Assembly (NCBI GenBank): GCA_027460535.1
Contig: JAPZAR010000025.1
Span: 73,322-105,321, forward strand
Source: Candidatus Methanoperedens sp.
GTDB taxonomy: Archaea > Halobacteriota > Methanosarcinia > Methanosarcinales > Methanoperedenaceae
DNA length: 32,000 nt
Direction of reading: 5' to 3'
Within the stretch, counting starts at the first letter, position 1. Each line of letters opens with the position of its first letter. This document shows, in pieces, positions 24,484 to 32,000 of the stretch. Made by a program: the position numbers and the translations under genes. Under the pieces are notes generated by a model that saw only the letters and a list, made by a program, of their open reading frames with translations, made no database searches and was not told the origin of the DNA.

Positions 24484-25247
24484 TGATTATTCCTGCCGAT
24501 ATACCTCCCGACCTTCTAGATAAAACTCTTCCTGAACTTTTAAAACTTGTTGCCTTACAAAAACTAACAGGAAAAATATTAGATTGGGCTACACAAAGAA
24601 TAAAGGAACTGTGGGAGAAACGAGAGTATGGATTTACTCCTGAACCTGATGTCGCCTCTGGGCTACAAAAAATTAGTAAAAGCGACGCATATAGAAGAAT
24701 GAAAGAGTGTATCGGAAATCATCGTTTTTTAGGATTGGTAAAACTTGGGTTCAGAGTTGATGAACTTAACGAACAGGGAAATACAACAGCAATAGCCAAG
24801 ATTAAGAGTAATGTATTTGAAAAACATGGGGTTGAAGGAATTAGAATACTTACAATGGGTACAACAGGAGTACTTACGGGAATAATCCAGTACCTTAGTG
24901 ACATGAAACTCAAAAACGATTATAGCCAAGCTATTATGGCAGACCATTTTGAGAAGATTATTAAAAACTGGATGCAGATAACGATATTCCATCAGGCAGT
25001 ACAAGGGCAAAGAACATTAGAAAAAGGCATTCTTACTTATATGAAGGCTAACTACGATATATTTTTTGTATTTTCGATGGGCACCGCAAGTGAACAAGCC
25101 ACAAAACTTATTGCACAACTTAAAAAAGATGGAATCATTAAGAAGAATGGGTATATGTTTGACCTATATCGAAGAAGGGAAGTGGCTGGAAGAGTAATGC
25201 ATACGTGGGTATTCCAAAATATAAAAGAGTGGAGACCATTTGTTTGA
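24483..25247 (+). CDS. Hypothetical 254-aa protein (island ORF-B)
   Basis: This is a long uninterrupted ORF in a ~30% GC region, where stop codons are frequent by chance, and it is coupled to ORF-A. I could find no Walker A, no TM helices and no motif I can assign. The C-terminal segment YDIFFVFSMGTASEQATKLIAQLKKDGI has an alpha/beta-fold look only. Confidence 0.6.
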   Translation: MIIPADIPPDLLDKTLPELLKLVALQKLTGKILDWATQRIKELWEKREYGFTPEPDVASGLQKISKSDAYRRMKECIGNHRFLGLVKLGFRVDELNEQGNTTAIAKIKSNVFEKHGVEGIRILTMGTTGVLTGIIQYLSDMKLKNDYSQAIMADHFEKIIKNWMQITIFHQAVQGQRTLEKGILTYMKANYDIFFVFSMGTASEQATKLIAQLKKDGIIKKNGYMFDLYRRREVAGRVMHTWVFQNIKEWRPFV

Positions 25248-25501
25248 GACGGTCATCTTTAATTTTATTTCCATGAATATGAACAATAAACACTGAGATT
25301 AAATACAAACCTCTGACTAGTTGGGATATTAGCGAACAATTCAACGAATATCTATTTATCATAAATCATATAATTACAAACATATTTTTATATCCCAAGG
25401 AACACCTCTAAAAACGAAACTAAAAATATAAAACAAGCATGTATAGAAGATATGAATAATTACATAATTTCAAATTTCATATTAATATAATGAGATAATA
25501 T

Positions 25502-26092
25502 ATGATTTCACATATATATGGCGAGATCGCGCACGTGGGCGGAGGATTTGTTGTGATCGATGTCGGGGGCATGGGATATCAGGTCAATGTGACAAAACCT
25601 GTGTTGCAGGAGCTTGCTACAAAAAAAGAAAAAATAAAACTGTACACATACCTCCATGTCAGGGATGATGCCCTGATGCTCTATGGGTTCATGACATCTT
25701 CCGAGCTTGAGATGTTCAAACTTTTAATAAGTGTGACGAGGGTTGGCCCGCAGATAGCGCTATCCATCCTGTCCCAGATAAAGATCGAAGAACTCGCTGG
25801 AGCTATAATCTACGAGGATGAAAAGATCCTGACAAGTATTTCAGGTATCGGCCCGAAAAATGCCAAGAGATTGATACTGGAACTCAAGGATAAGATAAAA
25901 AAGAAAATGGAAAATTATCAGGGTCACATTCCTTCGAGCAATGTGAATTATGACGCAGTTAGCGCGCTTGTATCGCTTGGATTCACACAGCGTGAAGCCC
26001 AGGAAGCCGTGGATTCTGTTTCATCGGGATTGAAAGAGCCCACAGTCCAGGTATTGATCAAAGCCGCACTTACAAGATTGAAAGAGCGTTAG
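25502..26092 (+). CDS. ruvA: Holliday junction branch migration complex subunit RuvA
   Basis: MISHIYGEIAHVGGGFVVIDVGGMGYQVNV.. is the OB domain. ISGIGPKNAKRLILELKDK provides the HhH motifs. The C-terminal domain III (ALVSLGFTQREAQEAV) is also present. Confidence 0.9.
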   Translation: MISHIYGEIAHVGGGFVVIDVGGMGYQVNVTKPVLQELATKKEKIKLYTYLHVRDDALMLYGFMTSSELEMFKLLISVTRVGPQIALSILSQIKIEELAGAIIYEDEKILTSISGIGPKNAKRLILELKDKIKKKMENYQGHIPSSNVNYDAVSALVSLGFTQREAQEAVDSVSSGLKEPTVQVLIKAALTRLKER

Positions 26093-26095
26093 AGT

Positions 26096-27082
26096 ATGGA
26101 AGAAAGAATCATCACCCCGGTCTTGCTGAATGAGGAAAAGGAAGATATAACCATCCGTCCAGGCCGGCTTGACGAATTTATCGGTCAGAATGCCCTGAAG
26201 GAATCCCTGAAGGTATTCATCGAAGCCTCAAAAAAACGCGGCGAACCTCTTGACCACATCCTCTTTTCAGGCCCGCCAGGACTCGGGAAGACAACGCTTG
26301 CCCATATAATAGCCCGTGAGATGGGCACCGGTATTAAAGCCACGTCAGGACCTGTCCTGGAAAAACCCGGGGACCTGGCGGCAATCCTGACAACACTAAA
26401 GAATGGTGATGTGCTATTCATCGATGAGATACACCGCTTGAATTCTGTTATAGAGGAAATACTCTATCCTGCAATGGAGGATTTTGAGATCGATGTAATG
26501 ATAGGGGAGGGACCGAGCGCCAGGTCGATAAAGCTTGATCTTGAGCATTTTACCCTTATAGGTGCGACCACAAAAGTGGGCCTTCTGGGTTCGCCTTTCA
26601 GGGACAGGTTTGGTTTCATATCACGTCTCACCCTCTATGAAGTCGGTGAGCTTGTGCAGGTAGTAAAGAGAAGTGCCTACATACTGGGAATCCCGGTAAC
26701 GCAGGACGGATCGGTGGAAATAGCCAAACGCAGCAGGGGCACGCCCAGGATCGCGAATCGGCTGCTCCGGCGTGTGAGGGATTTTGCTATGGTGAGGGCC
26801 CAAGGAGAGATTACGCAGGTGGTGGCAGATAATGCGCTTACTATGCTTGGTATAGACAAACTCGGACTGGATGACCTCGACAGGCGCATACTTTCTGTGA
26901 TAGCGGATGATTTTGATGGAGGACCCGTAGGCGTGAAGACCATTGCAATCTCAGTGGGCGAAGAGGTCAGGACGATAGAAGAAGTTTATGAACCATATCT
27001 TATCCAGATCGGATTTATAAAGCGAACGCCGCAGGGAAGGGAGACAACCCCGGCTGCAAGGAAGCATATCGCAGCATCATGA
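26096..27082 (+). CDS. ruvB: Holliday junction ATP-dependent DNA helicase RuvB
   Basis: It has [11 protein letters not shown], Walker A ([11 protein letters not shown]), Walker B ([10 protein letters not shown]), sensor regions ([23 protein letters not shown]) and a winged-helix C-terminus. It starts 4 nt after ruvA. Confidence 0.95.
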   Translation: MEERIITPVLLNEEKEDITIRPGRLDEFIGQNALKESLKVFIEASKKRGEPLDHILFSGPPGLGKTTLAHIIAREMGTGIKATSGPVLEKPGDLAAILTTLKNGDVLFIDEIHRLNSVIEEILYPAMEDFEIDVMIGEGPSARSIKLDLEHFTLIGATTKVGLLGSPFRDRFGFISRLTLYEVGELVQVVKRSAYILGIPVTQDGSVEIAKRSRGTPRIANRLLRRVRDFAMVRAQGEITQVVADNALTMLGIDKLGLDDLDRRILSVIADDFDGGPVGVKTIAISVGEEVRTIEEVYEPYLIQIGFIKRTPQGRETTPAARKHIAAS

Positions 27083-27139
27083 CGAGGCAAAACTTTCGGG
27101 CGTCACATTTAAAATAGGCACACGTAGATATACTGTCTC

Positions 27140-28102
27140 ATGAAAAAGGGTTATATTGCTGAGCGCCTTATTTATACTGCCCTTATAGCCTGGGGCGTCA
27201 TGACCGCTGCTTTTGTCATTATAAGGTTAGGCCCGAATTCTCCTGCCGACAGGTATATTGCCAATCTCGGTGCCGGTCATAACGTCACCCAGGTCGCGGC
27301 TGCCATAGAAGCGAGATACGGGTTGAATAAGCCACTCTACGAGCAGTATCTTGAATACATGAGTTCCCTTCTGCATGGGGACTGGGGCTGGTCCTTTTCT
27401 ACTTCAATGCCCGTGATGGAATTGATAAAGACCCACTGGTTCTACTCTTTTCAGCTCATTCTACTCTCATCGATTTTTGCAATCTCCCTGGGTCTTCTTA
27501 TTGGTATCTATTCTGCGGTCAAGAAAGGCACGAAGTTAGATCATTTGGCAACATTTTTCTCTTTTATCGGTATTTCGATCCCGAATTTCTGGCTGGGTAT
27601 AATGCTTATCCTGATATTTTCAGTCAGGTTAGGCTGGTTCCAGACTTATTACGACACAGGCCTGCCCACGTTCTCTCTGGCCAACGTGAAAGCCCTGATA
27701 CTTCCAGTCATAACCCTTGGCACGGGAATGGTGGCTGGATACAGCAGGTATGTGAGGTCCTCGATGCTCGAGAACTTGCGCAAGGACTTTGTAAGGACAG
27801 CCCGTGCAAAAGGACTTCCTGAATATGTGGTGATAGGAAAACACGTGTTCAGGAACGCATTATTGCCGATATTAACGATAATCATGTGGGATATGAGCGC
27901 TATCGTTTTTGGAGGAGCTTACCTGACAGAGGTAATTTTCGGGATACCAGGTCTTGGGAGGATTTCTTTTAATGCGATATTCGCGGATGATTATGCCGTG
28001 GTAATGGCGGTAACTCTGATAAGTGCTTTTGTCACCCTGCTCTTTAACCTGATTACAGATATTGCATATACACAGCTTGATCCTAGGGTGAAGTATGATT
28101 AG
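27140..28102 (+). CDS. ABC peptide/nickel-type importer permease (DppB/OppB/NikB family)
   Basis: 320 aa and polytopic. The EAA-loop region is YVRSSMLENLRKDFVRTARAKGL. The N-terminus (RLIYTALIAWGVMTAAFVIIRL) is typical of the family. Confidence 0.85.
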   Translation: MKKGYIAERLIYTALIAWGVMTAAFVIIRLGPNSPADRYIANLGAGHNVTQVAAAIEARYGLNKPLYEQYLEYMSSLLHGDWGWSFSTSMPVMELIKTHWFYSFQLILLSSIFAISLGLLIGIYSAVKKGTKLDHLATFFSFIGISIPNFWLGIMLILIFSVRLGWFQTYYDTGLPTFSLANVKALILPVITLGTGMVAGYSRYVRSSMLENLRKDFVRTARAKGLPEYVVIGKHVFRNALLPILTIIMWDMSAIVFGGAYLTEVIFGIPGLGRISFNAIFADDYAVVMAVTLISAFVTLLFNLITDIAYTQLDPRVKYD

Positions 28103-28193
28103 ATTGGACATTCTGAACATTCCAGAAGGGAAAGACATCTTTTTTACCCTTCCGATTTTATATTCGAATAATGTTCATAGAGGTTAAACAGAT

Positions 28194-29096
28194 ATGATCA
28201 TTGCACAGCGCCAATGGGAGAAGATAAAAAATAATAAATCCGCATTCCTGGGGCTGATATTTATAATCTTCCTGTTCGCGACCGCTATTTTTGGTCCTTT
28301 TCTGACCAGAAATCCCAATGAAATTAATTTTAACGATAAGAATCTTCCGCCCGTTGGCTTCAGCATCGAGCAGTCGGTTTACAATCTAAAGACGCAGGCG
28401 CTTGAGACAATCAGGAAGGAGGGAAACTGGGAACACCCGATGGGTACGGACGACAAGGGGAGGGACATGTTAGCCATGTTAGTTTCAGGAGCGAGGGTAT
28501 CTCTGGAAGTAGGCTTTCTCGCAACAGGTATTGCAATACTGATCGGAACTATCATAGGCGTGACATCCGCATATTTCGGAGGTGCCTTTGACAATGTTCT
28601 AATGAGATTCACGGATGTGATAATGACATTTCCTTTTTTCCTGCTGCTTGTTCTGATAGTTTATATGTACGGCGCGAACATGATTTTTATAATCCTGGCA
28701 ATAGGGCTCACGGGATGGACCGGGACTGCAAGATTGGTGCGCAGCGAGGTCCTCTCCCTGCGCACAGCGGATTTCATTACAGCTTCAAAAGCCCTGGGAG
28801 CAAGCGACCTGCGGATAATCTTTCATCATCTGATTCCTAACGCCATGAGTTCGATCATAGTTATCACGACGCTTTCGATCCCCGGCGTGATCCTCGCGGA
28901 GGCGGCACTCTCATTTATCGGTCTTGGGGACCCGACAGTAACGAGCTGGGGAAGAGTGCTAAATGCCGGGCAGGATAGCCTGGTAACGACCTGGTGGGTA
29001 GCTGTTGAGCCTGGAATAATGCTATTCCTTACAGTCCTTGCTTTCAATTTTCTTGGAGATGGTTTAAGAGATGCCTTTGATCCGAAAAGTGAATAA
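28194..29096 (+). CDS. ABC peptide/nickel-type importer permease (DppC/OppC/NikC family)
   Basis: 300 aa. It has HPMGTDDKGRDMLAML, the EAA loop (LVRSEVLSLRTADFITASKALGAS) and a C-terminal [12 protein letters not shown]. Confidence 0.85.
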   Translation: MIIAQRQWEKIKNNKSAFLGLIFIIFLFATAIFGPFLTRNPNEINFNDKNLPPVGFSIEQSVYNLKTQALETIRKEGNWEHPMGTDDKGRDMLAMLVSGARVSLEVGFLATGIAILIGTIIGVTSAYFGGAFDNVLMRFTDVIMTFPFFLLLVLIVYMYGANMIFIILAIGLTGWTGTARLVRSEVLSLRTADFITASKALGASDLRIIFHHLIPNAMSSIIVITTLSIPGVILAEAALSFIGLGDPTVTSWGRVLNAGQDSLVTTWWVAVEPGIMLFLTVLAFNFLGDGLRDAFDPKSE

Positions 29097-30057
29097 TGGA
29101 AATACTGAGGCTGTCTTGAGTGTGGAGAACCTGAGGACATATTTCTTCACAAAAAAAGGCATCGTCAAGGCAGTTGATGATATTTCTTTTGATCTTAATA
29201 AAGGTGAGATTCTCTGCATCATCGGCGAATCGGGTTCAGGGAAAACAGCAACTGCCCTATCTATTTTAAGACTTATAGAAAAGCCGGGTGAAATCGTCGA
29301 TGGTAGTATCTTGTTTCAAGGAAAAGATATCTTGAAATTGAAGGAGGAGGAGATGCGAAAGATAAGAGGAAATAAAATATCTATGATCTTTCAGGATGCA
29401 TCATCCTCCCTGAATCCTGTACTGCGGATTGGCGATCAGATAAACGAATCTCTCATGCTGCACCTTCAATTAAAGAAGGAAAAAGCCAGGGAAAAAGCTA
29501 TTGATATTTTGACATCGGTTGGAATCCCTCATGCCGGGGAACGCCTGGATGAGTATCCGCACCAGTTCTCAGGAGGCATGAAACAGAGGGTAATGATCGC
29601 AATGGCTCTATCGTGCAGCCCTCTTGCACTTATTGCAGATGAACCGACCACGGCACTCGATGTGACCATCCAGGCACAGATTCTCGACATATTCAAAGAA
29701 TTGAAATCTGGTATTTCGATATTGTATATAACACACGACCTCGCGGTAGTTTCTGAAATCGCGGATAGAATCATAGTGATGTATTCAGGGAAATTCCTGG
29801 AAGAAGGAGATGCAGGTGAGCTTTTGGAGAACCCAAAACATCCTTATATGCAGGGCCTGATGGGGTGTTTGCCATCGGGGAAGGGAAGACTTGTATCCAT
29901 TCCCGGAAGCATCCCGAGCCTGATCGATTTGCCTCCCGGCTGCGTGTTCAATCCGAGGTGCACTCATGCAATGGAAATCTGTAAACAAAGAATGCCTGGT
30001 GAGACAAGAATTTCAGACAGGCATTCAGTGAGGTGTTATCTCTACGGCACTGCTTGA
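29071..30057 (+). CDS. ABC peptide/nickel-type importer ATPase (DppD/OppD family)
   Basis: It has Walker A (GESGSGKT), the signature [12 protein letters not shown], Walker B ([11 protein letters not shown]) and the C-terminal oligopeptide-ABC extension with Cys residues ([16 protein letters not shown]). Confidence 0.9.
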   Translation: MPLIRKVNNGNTEAVLSVENLRTYFFTKKGIVKAVDDISFDLNKGEILCIIGESGSGKTATALSILRLIEKPGEIVDGSILFQGKDILKLKEEEMRKIRGNKISMIFQDASSSLNPVLRIGDQINESLMLHLQLKKEKAREKAIDILTSVGIPHAGERLDEYPHQFSGGMKQRVMIAMALSCSPLALIADEPTTALDVTIQAQILDIFKELKSGISILYITHDLAVVSEIADRIIVMYSGKFLEEGDAGELLENPKHPYMQGLMGCLPSGKGRLVSIPGSIPSLIDLPPGCVFNPRCTHAMEICKQRMPGETRISDRHSVRCYLYGTA

Positions 30058-30112
30058 AGTAACTGACCTGAAAAAATACTATCCTCTGACCAGCGGTTTC
30101 CTGTACTCAAGG

Positions 30113-30976
30113 ATGACAGGGGAAGTGAAGGCGGTTGATGCTGTATCCTTTTACATAAATGAGGGGGAGACCCTTGGTCTTGTGGGTGAATCGGGCTGTG
30201 GCAAATCCACGCTCGGAAGGACAATTATCCGATTGGAAACGCCCACATCAGGTAAAATCTGTTACAAGGGAAATGATATTTCCAGTCCAAATATAGGAAA
30301 CCTGAAATGGCTTCGAAAAGAAATGCAGATGATCTTCCAGGACCCTCATTCGAGCCTTGACCCCAGGATGACTGTGGGCGATTCCATAGATGAGGCATTT
30401 ATTATCCATGGAATAAAAGAGGAAAGTGCTGAACTGCTGGAAAAGGTAGGGCTCACATCGGATTTTGCCTCCCGCTATCCACATGAATTGAGCGGTGGCC
30501 AGAAACAGAGAATAGGTATCGCACGGGCCCTGGCGGTCCGTCCAAAACTCATAATTGCAGATGAACCCGTGAGCGCCCTTGATATATCGGTACAGGCCCA
30601 GATCCTCAATCTCCTGATGGACCTTCAAAAAGAATATGGATTGACCTATTTATTCATAGCCCATAATCTTTCCGTGATAAGGCATATCTCTGACAGGGTG
30701 GCGGTCATGTATCTCGGCAAGATAGTGGAGCAGGGAATTAATGAAGAGATTTTCAATAATCCATTGCATCCATACACGCAGGCGCTTTTATCCGCAGTTC
30801 CCGGCATGAGAACCAGACGTCAGCCTTTGCGTGGAGAAGTCCCCTCTCCCATAAATCCTCCAAAGGGCTGCAGGTTCCATACGCGCTGCCCGAAAAAGAT
30901 GAAGGTCTGTGAGGAAAAAGAGCCTGAGTTTATAGGAAAGGAGCATGGAGTGGCCTGCCATTTATTTGGTTTATGA
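30113..30976 (+). CDS. ABC peptide/nickel-type importer ATPase (DppF/OppF family); real start probably upstream of the first canonical start
   Basis: It has Walker A (GESGCGKST), [23 protein letters not shown] and the C-terminal [11 protein letters not shown]. The in-frame upstream sequence [21 protein letters not shown] is clearly part of the conserved N-terminus. Confidence 0.85.
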   Translation: MTGEVKAVDAVSFYINEGETLGLVGESGCGKSTLGRTIIRLETPTSGKICYKGNDISSPNIGNLKWLRKEMQMIFQDPHSSLDPRMTVGDSIDEAFIIHGIKEESAELLEKVGLTSDFASRYPHELSGGQKQRIGIARALAVRPKLIIADEPVSALDISVQAQILNLLMDLQKEYGLTYLFIAHNLSVIRHISDRVAVMYLGKIVEQGINEEIFNNPLHPYTQALLSAVPGMRTRRQPLRGEVPSPINPPKGCRFHTRCPKKMKVCEEKEPEFIGKEHGVACHLFGL

Positions 30977-31040
30977 TTATGGAACAGATGATTTGATATC
31001 TATTCGACCTGCGATTTTTTAGGTGACCGTTTCAATTCGT

Positions 31041-31120
31041 GTTGGTAGTTAGGTCAATGTGCAACACAACACAAATATCTTCTTTGCCTAAAACTTTTAG
31101 TTGGTAGTTAATCCAAATGT
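31041..31120. repeat. Two copies of GTTGGTAGTTA(N2-3)TC(C)AAATGT-like motif, 59 bp apart, in an intergenic region
   Basis: Copy 1 is at 31041-31060 (gttggtagttaggtcaatgt) and copy 2 at 31100-31120 (gttggtagttaatccaaatgt). The 11-nt core is identical. Confidence 0.3.
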
Positions 31121-31269
31121 TAATCACAAGTACATATATTGTTTTCTGACACAATGCAAGGAGTAGATTTAACGTCTCCCTGGAAGACAGCGGTCTACTC
31201 CCTCACGACAGCTCAATTAAGAGTCATATAAATATTCTTATCAGATATAAGAAAAAGAATATGCCAAAG

Positions 31270-32000
31270 TCAAGTTATTTTTGGAACAACTGAAAATCCA
31301 TTGTTATTCCAGTTTGCAAAGTTATCTGCTGTATCGTTGAATACAACACCTTTGTCTGTCGTAACCGTAATATCATCTATATACAAACCGCCATTTCCAC
31401 CATTAGAGTAAGGTAAATTAAAGAACAATATTTTTATCTCTTTACCAATATAACTAGACAGGTCTATTTTATGTGTAGTCCAAGGCTGTTTACCATAAAA
31501 TATTGAAACACTACAAACATCTGTACTATCACAGATCTTTCGCTTAGCTTCCTGATAATATGAACTCACAGAATAATTTATTTTATATTCAAGAGTCGCT
31601 GAATTAACCCCCTTTAGATTTATGTAATTTTTTGTTTCAATATTAGACGTATATTTGCCAGACCAGAATACATTGTTTATTGAATTCGTCAACCGAATAG
31701 CATCTATATGGGGGAAACAACATGTGTTATCAGCAACAATTTTGAGCGTATGAATACCTGAGGTTGTTATAGTTAAGGTTCCTTGCTTTTCCCAGATTCC
31801 AGAACTCAGATACCAGCTTCCAGTGCTTGAAGCGATCCCATTATCAATAACTTTAACATTGTCAAGATATATATCCTCTGGACGAGACCATTCCGCAGCA
31901 TATTTTATCTCAAGATTGTAAGAACCCACAGATGGAAAGTTAATATCATATTCTACAGAATTTGGACTACTGCCACCATTAAAAATATGCTTGCCACCTG
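31270..32000 (-). CDS. Partial CDS (5' end off-window): secreted beta-sandwich protein with a CBM6/35-like carbohydrate-binding module pattern
   Basis: The reading frame stays open from 31929 to the window edge (..GGKHIFNGGSSPNSVEYDINFPSVGSYNLEIKYAA..). The stretch GSYNLEIKYAAEWSRPEDIYLDNVKV...HTLKIVADNTCCFPHIDAIRLT resembles CBM6/35 modules. The gene is AT-rich (~30% GC in a hand-counted 50-nt sample). Confidence 0.5.
   Translation of the reverse strand, partial: GGKHIFNGGSSPNSVEYDINFPSVGSYNLEIKYAAEWSRPEDIYLDNVKVIDNGIASSTGSWYLSSGIWEKQGTLTITTSGIHTLKIVADNTCCFPHIDAIRLTNSINNVFWSGKYTSNIETKNYINLKGVNSATLEYKINYSVSSYYQEAKRKICDSTDVCSVSIFYGKQPWTTHKIDLSSYIGKEIKILFFNLPYSNGGNGGLYIDDITVTTDKGVVFNDTADNFANWNNNGFSVVPKIT

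Larger units (their letters stand above)
23809..25501. other. AT-rich 1.7-kb island inserted between ruvC and ruvA
   Basis: Hand-counted 60-nt samples give 27% GC (24061-24120) and 30% GC (24541-24600), against 48% in ruvC (23341-23400). The island holds ~400 bp and ~250 bp of non-coding sequence plus two coupled ORFs. Confidence 0.6.

Noticed and set aside
28125-28152. Inverted repeat GAAGGG-(16 nt)-CCCTTC between the two permease genes.
   Set aside because: The stem is short (6 bp) and the loop is large. It is probably an incidental or minor mRNA structure, with no further support.
1-32000. The idea that the window is part of a giant extrachromosomal element (Borg-like) or a virus, given the Methanoperedens-like gene content.
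   Set aside because: Genes are on mixed strands and core housekeeping content is present (rps3ae, nadK, pncB, cofactor biosynthesis). The overall composition is not uniformly AT-rich. No replication, partition or structural virus genes were seen. A host chromosome is the simpler reading.
1-32000. Search for tRNA, rRNA, transposase or integrase genes in the intergenic regions (6346-6705, 11057-11215, 16203-16330, 20464-20633, 23809-24222, 25248-25501, 30977-31269).
   Set aside because: I could find no cloverleaf-compatible sequences, rRNA-like segments, DDE or tyrosine-recombinase ORFs, or terminal inverted repeats by eye. The absence is based on manual inspection only.

Overview
The window looks like archaeal chromosome. 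Archaeal markers are ribosomal protein S3Ae, methanofuran gene mfnB, archaeal-type pilins and an HPS-RraA fusion. Together with CcmABC and an MqnC/E-like radical SAM enzyme, they suggest a Methanosarcinales / ANME-2d-like organism; that assignment is inference only.

Gene content, left to right:
- 27-6345 (-): a nine-gene surface-structure operon. A small RHH-like gene is followed by two paralogous DUF1628-type major pilins and six further proteins with class III (prepilin-like) signal peptides. No assembly ATPase, platform protein or prepilin peptidase is in view.
- 6.7-17.6 kb: NAD salvage (PRTase + pncB), DUF1284, DUF998, a HisA/F-like protein, a RelE/RHH toxin-antitoxin pair, mfnB, an MqnC/E-like radical SAM, endonuclease IV, a rubrerythrin-like protein, a CBS-ParB fusion, an HTH-CBS regulator and an HPS-RraA fusion.
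- 17.7-19.9 kb: ccmABC.
- 19.9-23.3 kb: rps3ae, an EF-Tu-like GTPase with degenerate G motifs, and an IMPase-family gene followed by NAD kinase.
- 23.3-27.1 kb: a complete bacterial-type ruvC / ruvA / ruvB set. ruvC is separated from ruvAB by a 1.7-kb AT-rich island carrying a translationally coupled two-gene cassette that I cannot assign to any family.
- 27.1-31.0 kb: a Dpp/Opp-type ABC importer with no binding-protein gene.
- 31.0-32.0 kb: an AT-rich end with a partial CBM-like secreted protein.

No rRNA, tRNA, CRISPR array or transposase was seen. The best candidates for something new are the ruvC-ruvA island cassette, the RuvABC resolvasome in an archaeal context, and the eight-pilin operon.
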